Assembly: GCA_048621695.1 (NCBI GenBank)
Contig: JBMCVZ010000001.1
Coordinates: 1-58,989 of the forward strand
From: Chloroflexota bacterium
GTDB lineage: Bacteria > Chloroflexota > Dehalococcoidia > GIF9 > AB-539-J10
DNA length: 58,989 nt
Reading direction: 5' to 3'
The position numbers and the translations under genes are program-made. Numbering within the stretch: the stretch's first letter is position 1; every line of letters begins with the position of its first letter. The notes under the pieces were generated by a model that was not told where the DNA came from, did no database searches, and worked only from the letters and a program-made list of their open reading frames with translations. Positions 19,201-28,123 of this stretch are shown one piece after another.

Positions 19201-20371
19201 TATTCCCAGGATGGCGCCGCATATTGAGCTTGTAGGCGCACTTCTGGAGGGCAGTGGTTTCAGGGCAATTGTGCTTCCTGAGGCTAATGAACATAATCTA
19301 CTCTATGCCGATAAGGTAACTTCAGGCGTGGAATGTTTGCCCTATCGGGTAACCCTGGGTGACTTTCTTAGGTTCTGTTATGAAAATGGCACTGACTTGA
19401 AAAACGTCGAGGCAGTTATGGCCGGTGCGTATGGTCCCTGCCGCTTTGGGAAATATGCCCTGGAACAAATCAAGATATTCAGGGATGTGGGCATTGAAAT
19501 TCCCATACGGACCACTGTGTCGAATAATGCTTATCGGGATACTGAGATTAGCCCTCGTTTTGCGCGCCTCGCCTGGAAGGGCTGCGTGGCTATCGACTAT
19601 CTCCAAAAATCGCTCTGGCGCACCCGTCCTTATGAAAAGAGGCCGGGCTCGGCCGATGAACTGTTTGATGAATATCTTGGAAGAATTGTCAGTCGCGTCC
19701 GTAAAAAAGAAGGTTTCGACGATATCATGAGCCAGGCGAATCCTGATTTTAGGTCTCTAATTGACCCAGAACTACCCCGCAGGCCTCTGGTGGGCATCAA
19801 TGGTGAGATCTTTCTACGCTCCAACAGATTTAGCAACCAGGACCTGGTCAGGGAGTGCGAAAAGGCTGGACTGGAGGTCGTCGTTTCTTCCATAGGGGAA
19901 TGGATGAAATATATCTGCTACAGGCATGTTGAGGATGCTGTCCGGGACCGCAAATTCCTGAAGGCATTGATTAGCTATGTGATAAAGCGTGTCTGGGAAC
20001 ATGACGAGCATGCGGTAGTCAAACATTTCCAGAACTTGGTTGATGTGAGAGAACCGTCAACGGAGGAGGTACTGAGGTGGACAAGTGAGTGGCTTTCACC
20101 GAAATGCGGAAGTGAGGCAGTTCTCAGTATAGGTAGTGGAGTGGAATGGATGGAGAATCCTAAGTTTGCTGGTGTGATATCGGTAATGCCTCATGGCTGT
20201 ATGCCCGGTGGAATCGTGGCTGCCATGTCAGACAAGTTCAGTGCCTTGTATCGTAAGCCCTGGATCAATCTCACCTATGACGGTTTTGTGGAAAGCAATA
20301 ACCTTACGAAAATCAACAACTTTGCTGAGGTCATCAGATTTTGCAGCCAGGAAAGAAGAGATGACGCTTAG
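16235..20371 (+). CDS. Fusion of two BadF/BadG/BcrA/BcrD-type ATPase (2-hydroxyacyl-CoA dehydratase activase-like) domains with a DUF2229-type C-terminal region
   Basis: Two actin-fold ATPase modules begin at LGVDIGSVNAK and LGVDVGSTSTK, each with the cluster-bridging motif C(A)AGTG(R/S)F. They are followed by a Cys-rich linker (CKGCDNNC) and ~750 aa of dehydratase-component-like sequence. I prefer the ATG at 16235 (GGAG 9 nt upstream) over the track's 16205. Confidence 0.8.
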   Translation: MNYFLGVDIGSVNAKLALIDENAKVIQFDTAKVISGPRAAVSALIARLGERFNLKDIVAAGVCGSGKAVIPKELSWMEYSSSLAIAAGLLHRYSDVKTIIQIGGQSTLVIELEDGLKKPWNVASNPLCAAGTGRFLEQQAYRIGISMEDFASLALKCKDTPPRIAARCSVFAKTDLIHLQQKGAPLDAMLYALCESVARMVASLKKGTFQEPVCFVGGVAANPAVAKSLNDMISSRNGHPVEVIIPEDYLHVESLGSALLSIGKTSQGVMLPETDVKQRYFEMPRLEIVAVQDGKDGQRIEEPCVGYLGVDVGSTSTKAVVMDESGTRLLGKNYLMTAGRPVEAIRQVFRNLLRDGAGKVKIAGAGVTGSGRYLVGGFIGADLIKNEITAQTRAAAELDSEADIIEIGGQDSKLVIKRNGVVVDYHMNKACAAGTGSFIDELAEMLGISVTNGQFADLAFAAPHTIDLGTRCAAFMGQAVSSAQQEGVPLEIITASLANSIAKNYLSKVVEHRKLGDKVILTGAVFYNKAVVSAFHQQLAGKTLTVPEHKEVSGAIGAALLAKEAMVGQESKFKGFQEVVDSECKLTTFVCKGCDNNCTITRMEMPGEKPSFYGSRCDKYDAIASHAKQETFFDKREQLLFREYKKESGTGPKVGIPRGLLVYDYAPLLIGFLNALDARVVLTSQTNNAIMDQAIELSYTDSCFPMKLLHGHAAMLKDTDYILYPCAIRLGRKDGDESQKYSCPLVQASPFIIRNVLDLGERLLIPIIDFSLGDDDVIKNLADVAVKMGFSRQKGKKAALAGFESQRKFEADQAVLGRELLEQLHQGDQLGVVLFARSYMSQDAGANLGIAEKLAQLGVVPIPLDFLPLKSVNAKDYSDRPYWFYENKYIAGAEITASDPQLYGLWLSNFGCGPNSFIIHIVEDIMGNKPLGQLEIDEHAAEAGIVTRLEAFVDTIQGFAHSAQKDEAPQKDIYRSAFPPVIDTTKTFIIPRMAPHIELVGALLEGSGFRAIVLPEANEHNLLYADKVTSGVECLPYRVTLGDFLRFCYENGTDLKNVEAVMAGAYGPCRFGKYALEQIKIFRDVGIEIPIRTTVSNNAYRDTEISPRFARLAWKGCVAIDYLQKSLWRTRPYEKRPGSADELFDEYLGRIVSRVRKKEGFDDIMSQANPDFRSLIDPELPRRPLVGINGEIFLRSNRFSNQDLVRECEKAGLEVVVSSIGEWMKYICYRHVEDAVRDRKFLKALISYVIKRVWEHDEHAVVKHFQNLVDVREPSTEEVLRWTSEWLSPKCGSEAVLSIGSGVEWMENPKFAGVISVMPHGCMPGGIVAAMSDKFSALYRKPWINLTYDGFVESNNLTKINNFAEVIRFCSQERRDDA

Positions 20372-20453
20372 ATAGCCCTACCTCTTTTAAATTCTAGTAA
20401 ACTAGTACAAATCTCGACACAATTTCCTTATTATTGCGGGCTGTACCTTTGTA

Positions 20454-20552
20454 TCATTGCGAGCGAGCTGCCAGCCAGGGCCTGGCAGGAAGGAGTACGG
20501 CAATCCCTGCAGCTAAATTCTAAACCCTAATTTCTCAACTCTAAACAAATCC
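20454..20552. repeat. Family A unit (20454-20507) followed by family D low-complexity unit (20515-20552)
   Basis: The A unit is TCATTGCGAGCGAGC...GGCAATCCC. The D unit AAATTCTAAACCCTAATTTCTCAACTCTAAACAAATCC matches 55136-55173 at 34 of 38 positions by my count. Confidence 0.75.
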
Positions 20553-20667
20553 AAATACCAAAATTCAAACCTCTGAACTGTTTTAGGCATTCATATTTGG
20601 GCTCTGATATTGATTAGTATTTGGTACTTAGGATTTTGTATTCTTCTCTCCCATTAGACCTTCAACT

Positions 20668-22893
20668 TCAGGTATACTCGGGACCTCTGCCTCGCCGCCT
20701 TGTTGGCCATACCGCCAGCGCAACTGAAACCAGTACCAGCGAGGCTAATATGGCTGCCTTCTGCACTGGATTAGTGTTGACGGCTATGGCGCTTATGGCC
20801 ACGGCAGGCAACAGCCCGGCCCTCACCATTGGCTTCAGGCTGGGATGCTCAGTTATAAACTCAGCTATCGGTGGGCTGACTCTGTAATAGATGCCCACTA
20901 AAGCTTGTCCCAACGGGTCGGTCAGCAAGTATTCGTCCCTGAAATCACGGAGAATTTGTATTTCCTCAGCCATTGGCGTTCCGTAGGCTGCGGTGGCGAT
21001 GAAGCATACTTCAGGCACAGTGATGGTAAACTTAGCGTCTCTACCCACATCAAAGCCGATGGTCAACACTAGTTTTTCCCCGAAGCTCCCCAGCTTATCT
21101 GCCAGGTATGTAGCACTAAAGATGGTCAGATTTGCAGACGTGTCGGACATATCAGTCACGGTATAGTGGACGCCTTCCTCCAGAAGGTACTCATCATCAT
21201 CCACGATAGAGACTACTTCTTCGGCGCTACCCCAGGTGATGGTAGTTGACACATCATTCTGGTCAATGACGTCGTGATCGGCTGTTACCGGAAAGATGCT
21301 GGGCTGAACTCCAATAGGCACGATGGTGAAATTGACATCGGCACCAACGTCAAAGTCAATGGTCAGCTCTACGCTGTCCCCGATATCCATGTGCTTACCA
21401 TTAAGGTAAGGCTCCGCCAGGATGGTAAGCGTGGCCGTGTCTCCACTAGAAGTCAAAGTGTAGTCAGTGTCTTTTATTAGCATATAGTCATCATCATCCA
21501 CGATGGAAGTCAGGTTGTGGGCACTGCCCCAGGTGATTGTGGTTGTGGCATTGGTGGGACTGTCGAGGTCATATTCTTCTGTCAGCGGAGATACCTTCGG
21601 GTCAACTCCGACAGCTGTAATGGTAAAAGTGGCATTGGTACCGCGATCGAATTCTATGGTCAGCACCACTTCATCACCGATATCTGTGAGCTCATCTTTG
21701 AGATAATCGTCCAGGATGGTCAGCGTCGCCTCACCCCCGACGGTGTCCCCTTCCGTGTAATCAGTGTCTTTTATTAGCATATAGTCATCGTCATCCACGA
21801 TGGTAACTATGGGGGGCTCAGCAGTATTCCATATAATCGTGGTGCTAACATTAGCCCGATTATCTAGCTCGTAATCCTTTGCTTGCGGAGAGACCCCCGC
21901 ATTGGTTCCGGTAGCTGTGATGGTAAACGTGGCATTGCCTCCAACATCAAAGTCGATGGTCAGCACCACTTCATCACCGATATCTGTGAGCTCCTCTTCG
22001 AGATAATCGTCCAGGATGGTCAGCGTCGCCTCACCCCCGACGGTGTCCCCCACCGTATAATCATCCCCCCGATCCAAGTCATTGCCATTCTGAGTAATGG
22101 ATTCTATGTCAGAGGCACTACCCCACGTGATGGTGGTTTCGACATCATCCGGGTCCGGATCGTCGAGTTCGTAGTCGGCTGTTATCGGAGAGATAGATGG
22201 TTCAGTTCCGATTGCTGTGATGGTAAAAGTGGCATGTTCACCGGGATCGAATTCGATGGTCAGCACCACTTCGTCCCCGATATCTGTGAGCTCATCTTCG
22301 AGATAATCGTTCTGGATGGTCAGCGTCGCCTCACCTGCGACGGTGTCCCCCACCGTGTAGTCAGATCCCCTATCCAACTCGTGACCATTTCCAGTGATAG
22401 CAATATCATCTGGGTCGTCAGAGGCAATACCCCATGTAATGGTGGTTTGGACATCATCCGGATCTTCGAGGTCGTAGTCGCCTGTTGCTGGAGAGATGGA
22501 GGGCTGAGTACCAATTGCTGTAATGGTTAGTGAAGCAGCACCCACATCGAACTCGATGATTAGCTCGACGCTGTCCCCGATATCCGTGAGCTTGTCCTCC
22601 AGATAATTATTCAGGATGACTAGATGCTTGACGAGTACTATGTAGTCGTCATTTACGCTTATACCTTCGTCCAGCTCATTCTCGCCATCTCTAACCTCTA
22701 GTATATCCTCCGCGATGCCCCAATCGATAGTGGTTATCACTTCGGCTGGGTCGTCTAGGTCATATTCGAGCGTGTCAGGCGAGATGCTGGGGAATTCAGC
22801 TGCCGTCATAGGCACCGCCGTCGCCAAATTCAGGCCTAACGCCAACACTAGGACGCAAAAAATCTGTGTTATTGCTCTAAATTTTCCTCCCAT
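20668..22893 (-). CDS. Cell-surface protein with six tandem ~100-aa X2/Ig-like repeats and a C-terminal CFIATAAYG...TM anchor module
   Basis: The signal peptide begins at the ATG at 22893 (MGGKFRAITQIFCVLVLALGLNLATA) with AGGAGG 11 nt upstream. The track's 23028 start adds an unlikely 45 aa. The repeats have the form PSISP-x-DY(D/E)LD...TTITWG...DYT...ATLTI..DYL.DELTDIGDEVVLTIEFD.G..ATFTITA.G. The C-terminus is CFIATAAYGTPMAEEIQILRDFRDEYL... followed by a TM helix and RRRGRG. Confidence 0.75.
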   Translation of the reverse strand: MGGKFRAITQIFCVLVLALGLNLATAVPMTAAEFPSISPDTLEYDLDDPAEVITTIDWGIAEDILEVRDGENELDEGISVNDDYIVLVKHLVILNNYLEDKLTDIGDSVELIIEFDVGAASLTITAIGTQPSISPATGDYDLEDPDDVQTTITWGIASDDPDDIAITGNGHELDRGSDYTVGDTVAGEATLTIQNDYLEDELTDIGDEVVLTIEFDPGEHATFTITAIGTEPSISPITADYELDDPDPDDVETTITWGSASDIESITQNGNDLDRGDDYTVGDTVGGEATLTILDDYLEEELTDIGDEVVLTIDFDVGGNATFTITATGTNAGVSPQAKDYELDNRANVSTTIIWNTAEPPIVTIVDDDDYMLIKDTDYTEGDTVGGEATLTILDDYLKDELTDIGDEVVLTIEFDRGTNATFTITAVGVDPKVSPLTEEYDLDSPTNATTTITWGSAHNLTSIVDDDDYMLIKDTDYTLTSSGDTATLTILAEPYLNGKHMDIGDSVELTIDFDVGADVNFTIVPIGVQPSIFPVTADHDVIDQNDVSTTITWGSAEEVVSIVDDDEYLLEEGVHYTVTDMSDTSANLTIFSATYLADKLGSFGEKLVLTIGFDVGRDAKFTITVPEVCFIATAAYGTPMAEEIQILRDFRDEYLLTDPLGQALVGIYYRVSPPIAEFITEHPSLKPMVRAGLLPAVAISAIAVNTNPVQKAAILASLVLVSVALAVWPTRRRGRGPEYT

Positions 22894-23243
22894 GAGATTT
22901 TTGACCTCCTTCTTTCTTTGTTCCCTTATTTCTTTTGTTGACCAGTTCTCCTCTTCAGATATTTTTTCAAATACGCAGTGCCCTCTATGGGTAACCCCAC
23001 CAGTAATGTAGTCGTGTTTTTGCCTCAAAACCTCCGCAATGATCCGGGTCGTACTTAATGTCTAACCTACATTAAATTAATTATATCACCCCTGTACAGT
23101 CCTAACAATATAAAGGTGTGGTATGACGAAATTACATAAGCAAATTACGTCATATTTCTGAATAAAAATTAAGCTTGCGCTTTTCGTAAATGGATGTAGA
23201 AAGTGTCGTGATATTCCGGTTTCGTGATGTTAACGAAAGAATT

Positions 23244-23272
23244 TTGACAAATCGCGGTTTCCTTGCTATATT
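23244..23272 (+). promoter_or_regulatory. Sigma-70-type promoter candidate for the Wood-Ljungdahl operon
   Basis: The sequence is TTGACA-17 nt-TATATT, located 49 nt upstream of the acsE ATG in an AT-rich spacer. Confidence 0.5.
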
Positions 23273-23320
23273 GCACTGGTTTATCCAGGAAAATCAACCG
23301 GTAAATTGGAGGTACTCGAT

Positions 23321-24208
23321 ATGGTCATTATCGGAGAGAACATACATGTTATAGCTCAGGCAGTTTCCACAGCGATAAAGGAGAGAGAGGCCAAAGTAAT
23401 CCAGGATTTAGCTAAAGCCCAAACTGAAGCGGGAGCCGATTACATTGACTTGAATGTTGGCCCCATGAAGAAAGACCCTGAAGAAAATATGCAGTGGCTT
23501 GTCAACACAGTTCAAGAGGTTACCGATTTACCTTTATCCATAGATACTATGAATCCTGTAGCTATGGAGGCAGGGCTAAAAGCTTGCCGGAAGAGGCCTT
23601 TGCTTAACTCTGCTTCGGGAAAGACTAGCTCCAAGGAGCAAATGCTTCCCTTAGCTCAAAAATATAACTGCGATGTTGTGATTTCCGTGATGACGGACAA
23701 AGGAATGCCTCCAGATGTTGATTCTAAGATAGAGAGCATTATGGACACAGTGACCTATGCTAATGAATTGGGGATTCCTAACGAAGACATCTGGGTTGAC
23801 CCCATAATTCTTCCCGTAAGTACCGCCGGCGAAGGACAGAAGTTCGCTGTAGTCTGTTTGGAATTCATAAAGATACTCGAAGACGTTCTGCCCGAGATTA
23901 AATCAACTGTAGGGCTTTCCAACGTATCTAATGGAGTGCCCGCTGAACTCAGGCCGCTCCTTAACCGCACCTATATGGTTATGTTAGACAGAAACGGGCT
24001 TTATTCTGCCATCGCTGACCCTTTGGATAAGGAATTTATGGATTTGGTGAAGGGAAAGATGCCAGGAATAGTCGAACTTATTTATAAGACCATGGACGGT
24101 GAAGATATAGACCTCTCCTCCCTATCTCAAAAGGAAGTTGAATATGTTAAGACAGCCAAGGTTCTTACAGGAGAAAACTTGTACTCCGATGCCTGGCTTG
24201 AAAGTTAG
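23321..24208 (+). CDS. acsE: Methyltetrahydrofolate:corrinoid/iron-sulfur protein methyltransferase (pterin-binding TIM barrel)
   Basis: The motif is IGENIHVIAQAVSTAIKEREAKVIQDLAKAQTEAGADYIDLNVGP. The context is next to CFeSP genes. The ATG at 23321 follows the GGAGG at 23309-23313, and the track's 23306 start is a TTG inside the RBS. Confidence 0.85.
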   Translation: MVIIGENIHVIAQAVSTAIKEREAKVIQDLAKAQTEAGADYIDLNVGPMKKDPEENMQWLVNTVQEVTDLPLSIDTMNPVAMEAGLKACRKRPLLNSASGKTSSKEQMLPLAQKYNCDVVISVMTDKGMPPDVDSKIESIMDTVTYANELGIPNEDIWVDPIILPVSTAGEGQKFAVVCLEFIKILEDVLPEIKSTVGLSNVSNGVPAELRPLLNRTYMVMLDRNGLYSAIADPLDKEFMDLVKGKMPGIVELIYKTMDGEDIDLSSLSQKEVEYVKTAKVLTGENLYSDAWLES

Positions 24209-24218
24209 CACTCAGTTT

Positions 24219-24271
24219 GTCACCCTGAGCAATATCGAAGGGTCTAGGTTCTTCGCTACACTCAGAATGAC
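24219..24271. repeat. Family B palindromic element in the acsE-cdhD spacer
   Basis: The sequence is GTCACCCTGAG-N31-CTCAGAATGAC. Its termini are imperfect inverted copies of the GTCATTCTGAG word seen at 10818 and 10989. Confidence 0.7.
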
Positions 24272-24315
24272 AGGCGGGTTGTTGAATAACCTTGGAAAGT
24301 CAAGGAGGGTAATAA

Positions 24316-25221
24316 ATGGAATATAAAGCACCAGTTGAAGAGTATACCGGGGTAGTTAGAGAGGTAACTATCGGGAAGGGAAAAAAGAGCCTGAAGATTG
24401 GGGGAGAGAATATTCTCCCTCTTCATTTTTTTGACAAGGGGTCAAATCCCAATCCAGCAAAGTTTGCCCTGGAAGTTCTCGATATGGAACCTCAGGATTG
24501 GGCGGAACACCTGTTTCAGCCTTTCAAAGATGTTATATCCGACCCGGTAAAATGGGCCAAGAGATGTGAGGAACTCGGCCCTGATGCAGTGTTTCTGCGT
24601 CTTGCAAGCACCGACCCGGCAGTGAAGGATAGTTCTGCGGACGAAGCAGCGGCCTTGGCAAAAAAGGTAGCCGAGGCTATAAATATTCCTCTGATTATTT
24701 ATGGCTCCGGGGATGATAAGAAAGATGCCGAGGTCCTTCCTAAAGTTGCCGAGGCTTGCGATGGTATGAACCTCCTTATAGGACCGGTCCAGAAGGAAAA
24801 CTATGAGGTTGTGGGAAAGGCACTATTAGACCACGGACACAATGCTAGCGCACTAAGTCCTCTGGACATCAATTTGTTGAAGGAACTAAACGTAAAACTC
24901 TGTAAATTTTTCCCCGCTGAAAAGATAGTTATCGATCCTGAATCCGCAGCATTAGGTTATGGCATGGAATACAGCTTCTCTCTGATGGAAAGGGTGAAGC
25001 AAATTGGAATAATCACCAAGGATAATATGACGATGATGCCCATTATGGCTGACCTGGGGGGAGAGTGCTGGAAAACAAAACAGGCTAAGGAAAACGAGGA
25101 ACAAGGATTGCTCTGGGAAGGAATAACAGCCCTATCGCTTCTACTGGCTGGGGCAGATATCCTTGTCTTGCGACATCCCGAGACCTTGAATTTAATAAAG
25201 GAAACAACGGAGGTGAAGTAA
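24316..25221 (+). CDS. cdhD: ACDS delta subunit / corrinoid Fe-S protein small subunit
   Basis: The start MEYKAPVEEYTGVVREVTIGKG..LKIGGENILPLHFFD, the ~300 aa TIM-barrel size, and the position between acsE and cdhA support the call. An AGGAGGG RBS is present. Confidence 0.8.
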   Translation: MEYKAPVEEYTGVVREVTIGKGKKSLKIGGENILPLHFFDKGSNPNPAKFALEVLDMEPQDWAEHLFQPFKDVISDPVKWAKRCEELGPDAVFLRLASTDPAVKDSSADEAAALAKKVAEAINIPLIIYGSGDDKKDAEVLPKVAEACDGMNLLIGPVQKENYEVVGKALLDHGHNASALSPLDINLLKELNVKLCKFFPAEKIVIDPESAALGYGMEYSFSLMERVKQIGIITKDNMTMMPIMADLGGECWKTKQAKENEEQGLLWEGITALSLLLAGADILVLRHPETLNLIKETTEVK

Positions 25222-25223
25222 AG

Positions 25224-27533
25224 ATGGCAGTAGCGGAAAAAAAGTTGTCAAAAAAATTAGAGGAGATTCATGAGCGTATTAAGGCTGAGCTGCCATGGGA
25301 GCCAGTAGGTCCCACCCCCATGCCCGAGATGCCTGACCTCAGACAGTGGGACATGAGGTTATTAAAAACTTATGCGCCTTTTTACGCTCCATTCTGTGAT
25401 TTGTGTTGCTTTTGTACATACGGTAAGTGTGACCTCACTGAGGGAAGAAGAGGTGCCTGTGGTATTGACATAGCTACTCAACAAGCCAGGTTTGTACTTA
25501 TCGCATGCTTGATGGGATGTTCTGCCCACGCCGCTCACGGAGCTCATATTCTGGAATTCTTAATTGAAAGGCATGGCCCTGATAAAAAGATAGATTTGGG
25601 CGGATCAATCAATATCGAAGCACCTAATATAAGGACGGTCGTGGGCCTGAAGCCTGAGACCCTGGGAGACCTTCAAATAGCTCTAGACTATGTCTTCAAA
25701 GAAATTAGCCATCTTCTTGATTCTTGCCATACGGGGCAAGAGGGAAGCGCTCTAGACTACGAGTCTAAAGCATTGCACGCTAGCATGCTGGATCATGTGG
25801 GCATGGAAGCGGCTGATATCGCTCAAATAGTGGGATTCAATTATCCCACCTCACTTGCTGAGACACCCCTTGTTGAGATGGGTTGGGGGGCAATAGACAA
25901 GAGTAAGCCTGTAATTCTTGTATCGGGGCATAACCCTGCAACTTCGACGGTGGTAATTGACTACCTCAGGGAACACAACCTCGAAGACAAGGTTGAGGTC
26001 TGTGGACTTTGCTGCACCGCACTGGAAACAACCAGGTATTCGGACAAGGCTAAAATAGTTGGTCCTCTTTCCCGTGCGCTTTTCTTCATGAGAGCAGGCA
26101 TTGCCGATGTGATAATGACTGATGAGCAATGCATCAGGACAGATACGCCTCAGGAGGCAGCCAAGGTCGGTTCAGCACTTATCGCCTGTCTGGACAAGGC
26201 TATGTATGGACTTGAGGATGCCACTGAGCTGGATGCAGATGAGATAGTGAGGCGAATAGTGGATAGTAAAGAGCAATTCGCCATCCTGGACTCTCCCAAG
26301 GCAGCCGAGGTGGCAGTTAAAGTCGCCCTGGAACTAGCTCCCCAGAGAAAAAAGGAATGGGTAACAGAAGAAGAAGCCATAGAGCTGGCTAAGAAGTGCA
26401 CCGATTGCAAAATGTGTGAGCAGGTTTGCCCCAACCTTTTCAATATTGGTGCTGGCATAACTGAGGTCGCTAAAGGTAACTTTGACTTAATAAGACAGCA
26501 ATTCCTTAACTGTATTGGCTGCGGTAAATGTGAAGAGGAATGTCCCAATAATGTTCCTATCTTTAAGATAATGCAGACAGCAGCAAGCATGGAGACTTGG
26601 AAGTGCAGAGCTGGACGCGGTCCGGTTATGGATACCGAGATAAGAAACGTTGGTGCGCCTATAACTCTGGGCACAATCCCGGGAGTTATTGCCTTAGTAG
26701 GATGTTCTAATTACCCCGATATAGATGATATTGCTGATATGGTGGAAGAATTCGCCAAGAGAAAGTATATCGTGGTTCTCACAGGTTGTGCTGCCATGGT
26801 TGCCGGAATGAAAAAGGATGCTGATGGCAAGACAGTTTACGAGAAATACCCACCTGACTTTGATGGTGGCGGCGTAGTGAACATCGGCTCCTGTGTCGCC
26901 AATAGCCATATCTCTGGAGCAGCAATAAAAATAGCTAATATATTTGCGGCACTTCCCCTGAGAGGCAACTACGAGGTCATGGCCGATTATGTTCTCAACC
27001 GAGTAGGTGCCTGTGGAGTGGCTTGGGGAGCATATTCCCAGAAGGCGGCTTCCATTGGCACAGGATTTAACAGGCTGGGTGTGCCTGTTGTTTTGGGACC
27101 ACACTCCTCCAAGTATAGAAGGCTATACCTCTCCAGGAAGGAAGATGACGACTGGAAGGTAATGGATGCCAGGAAAAAGGAGATTGTGGATACCGTCGAG
27201 CCAGCACCTGAGCACCTAGCTTATGTTTGTGAGACCAAAGAGAAAGCTATGCCCATGATAGCCAAGCTTTGCATAAGGAGGAACGATACTCCCCAGGGGA
27301 GAGCGATAAAATTGAACCACTACATTTCCCTGTATAAGAAATATATTGGAGCCGGCCTTCCTGAAGATATTCAACTATTTGTCCGCAGGGACGCCGATAT
27401 TCCACTGGTCTATAAGAAAGAAGTGCGAGCACATTTACAGGAAATCGGCTGGCAGCCCAGGGAGCCTATTGGATTGCCTACCCTTATCGGCACTTATCCC
27501 ACTAAGGTTTCTGTGGATGCAGTAATACACTAG
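25224..27533 (+). CDS. cdhA: ACDS alpha subunit, archaeal-type Ni-CO dehydrogenase catalytic subunit
   Basis: It is 769 aa with the N-terminal Cys cluster CDLCCFCTYGKCDL. It carries the archaeal-type internal 2x[4Fe-4S] insert (CTDCKMCEQVCPN, CIGCGKCEEECPNN). It also has C-cluster region motifs (SGHN, GSCVANSH). Confidence 0.9.
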   Translation: MAVAEKKLSKKLEEIHERIKAELPWEPVGPTPMPEMPDLRQWDMRLLKTYAPFYAPFCDLCCFCTYGKCDLTEGRRGACGIDIATQQARFVLIACLMGCSAHAAHGAHILEFLIERHGPDKKIDLGGSINIEAPNIRTVVGLKPETLGDLQIALDYVFKEISHLLDSCHTGQEGSALDYESKALHASMLDHVGMEAADIAQIVGFNYPTSLAETPLVEMGWGAIDKSKPVILVSGHNPATSTVVIDYLREHNLEDKVEVCGLCCTALETTRYSDKAKIVGPLSRALFFMRAGIADVIMTDEQCIRTDTPQEAAKVGSALIACLDKAMYGLEDATELDADEIVRRIVDSKEQFAILDSPKAAEVAVKVALELAPQRKKEWVTEEEAIELAKKCTDCKMCEQVCPNLFNIGAGITEVAKGNFDLIRQQFLNCIGCGKCEEECPNNVPIFKIMQTAASMETWKCRAGRGPVMDTEIRNVGAPITLGTIPGVIALVGCSNYPDIDDIADMVEEFAKRKYIVVLTGCAAMVAGMKKDADGKTVYEKYPPDFDGGGVVNIGSCVANSHISGAAIKIANIFAALPLRGNYEVMADYVLNRVGACGVAWGAYSQKAASIGTGFNRLGVPVVLGPHSSKYRRLYLSRKEDDDWKVMDARKKEIVDTVEPAPEHLAYVCETKEKAMPMIAKLCIRRNDTPQGRAIKLNHYISLYKKYIGAGLPEDIQLFVRRDADIPLVYKKEVRAHLQEIGWQPREPIGLPTLIGTYPTKVSVDAVIH

Positions 27534-27565
27534 TAACAGGGAAAATGGCTTAAAAGGAGGAGAAA

Positions 27566-28117
27566 ATGAGTGCAGTAATACCACGGCATAGAGTAAATGT
27601 CTTGACGGGAATCAAATCTGCCAGACTGATCGAAGACCCCGCGGAGTATGCCACTCTGATTAAGAAGGCTAAGAGGCCACTTCTTGTGGTTGGTCCTCTA
27701 TTGCTGGCATCTACAGATGATGGCAAAATCCTTATGGAATATGCCCTGGATATCGCTGAGGCCTGCAATATTCCGATATGTTCAACAGCTCAGACTAAGG
27801 GGAAGATCGTGGAGTTGGGAGTACAGCCAGATTGCTTTTACGATGTAGTTGAGATAGCAAACGCTCTTAAAGACCCTGACTGGCAGGGAGTTAAGAAGGA
27901 AGGAAACCATGACCTGGTAATGTTTTTCGGTATACGGTCTGATCTTGGTAACCAGGGTCTTTCTACACTCAAACACTTCGCACCTCATCTAAAGACTATG
28001 ACGTTGTGCAAGCATTACTTCCCTCATGCCAACTACTCACTCCCTAATTTCAAGAAGGATGCGAAGTGGCTGGAGTTCTTAGAAGGATTGATAGCCAATT
28101 TAAAGAAAGGAGACTAA
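27566..28117 (+). CDS. cdhB: ACDS epsilon subunit
   Basis: It is a 183-aa protein directly after cdhA and before cdhC. That size and position match CdhB, which is known only from archaeal-type complexes. Confidence 0.7.
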   Translation: MSAVIPRHRVNVLTGIKSARLIEDPAEYATLIKKAKRPLLVVGPLLLASTDDGKILMEYALDIAEACNIPICSTAQTKGKIVELGVQPDCFYDVVEIANALKDPDWQGVKKEGNHDLVMFFGIRSDLGNQGLSTLKHFAPHLKTMTLCKHYFPHANYSLPNFKKDAKWLEFLEGLIANLKKGD

Positions 28118-28123
28118 AGGAAA

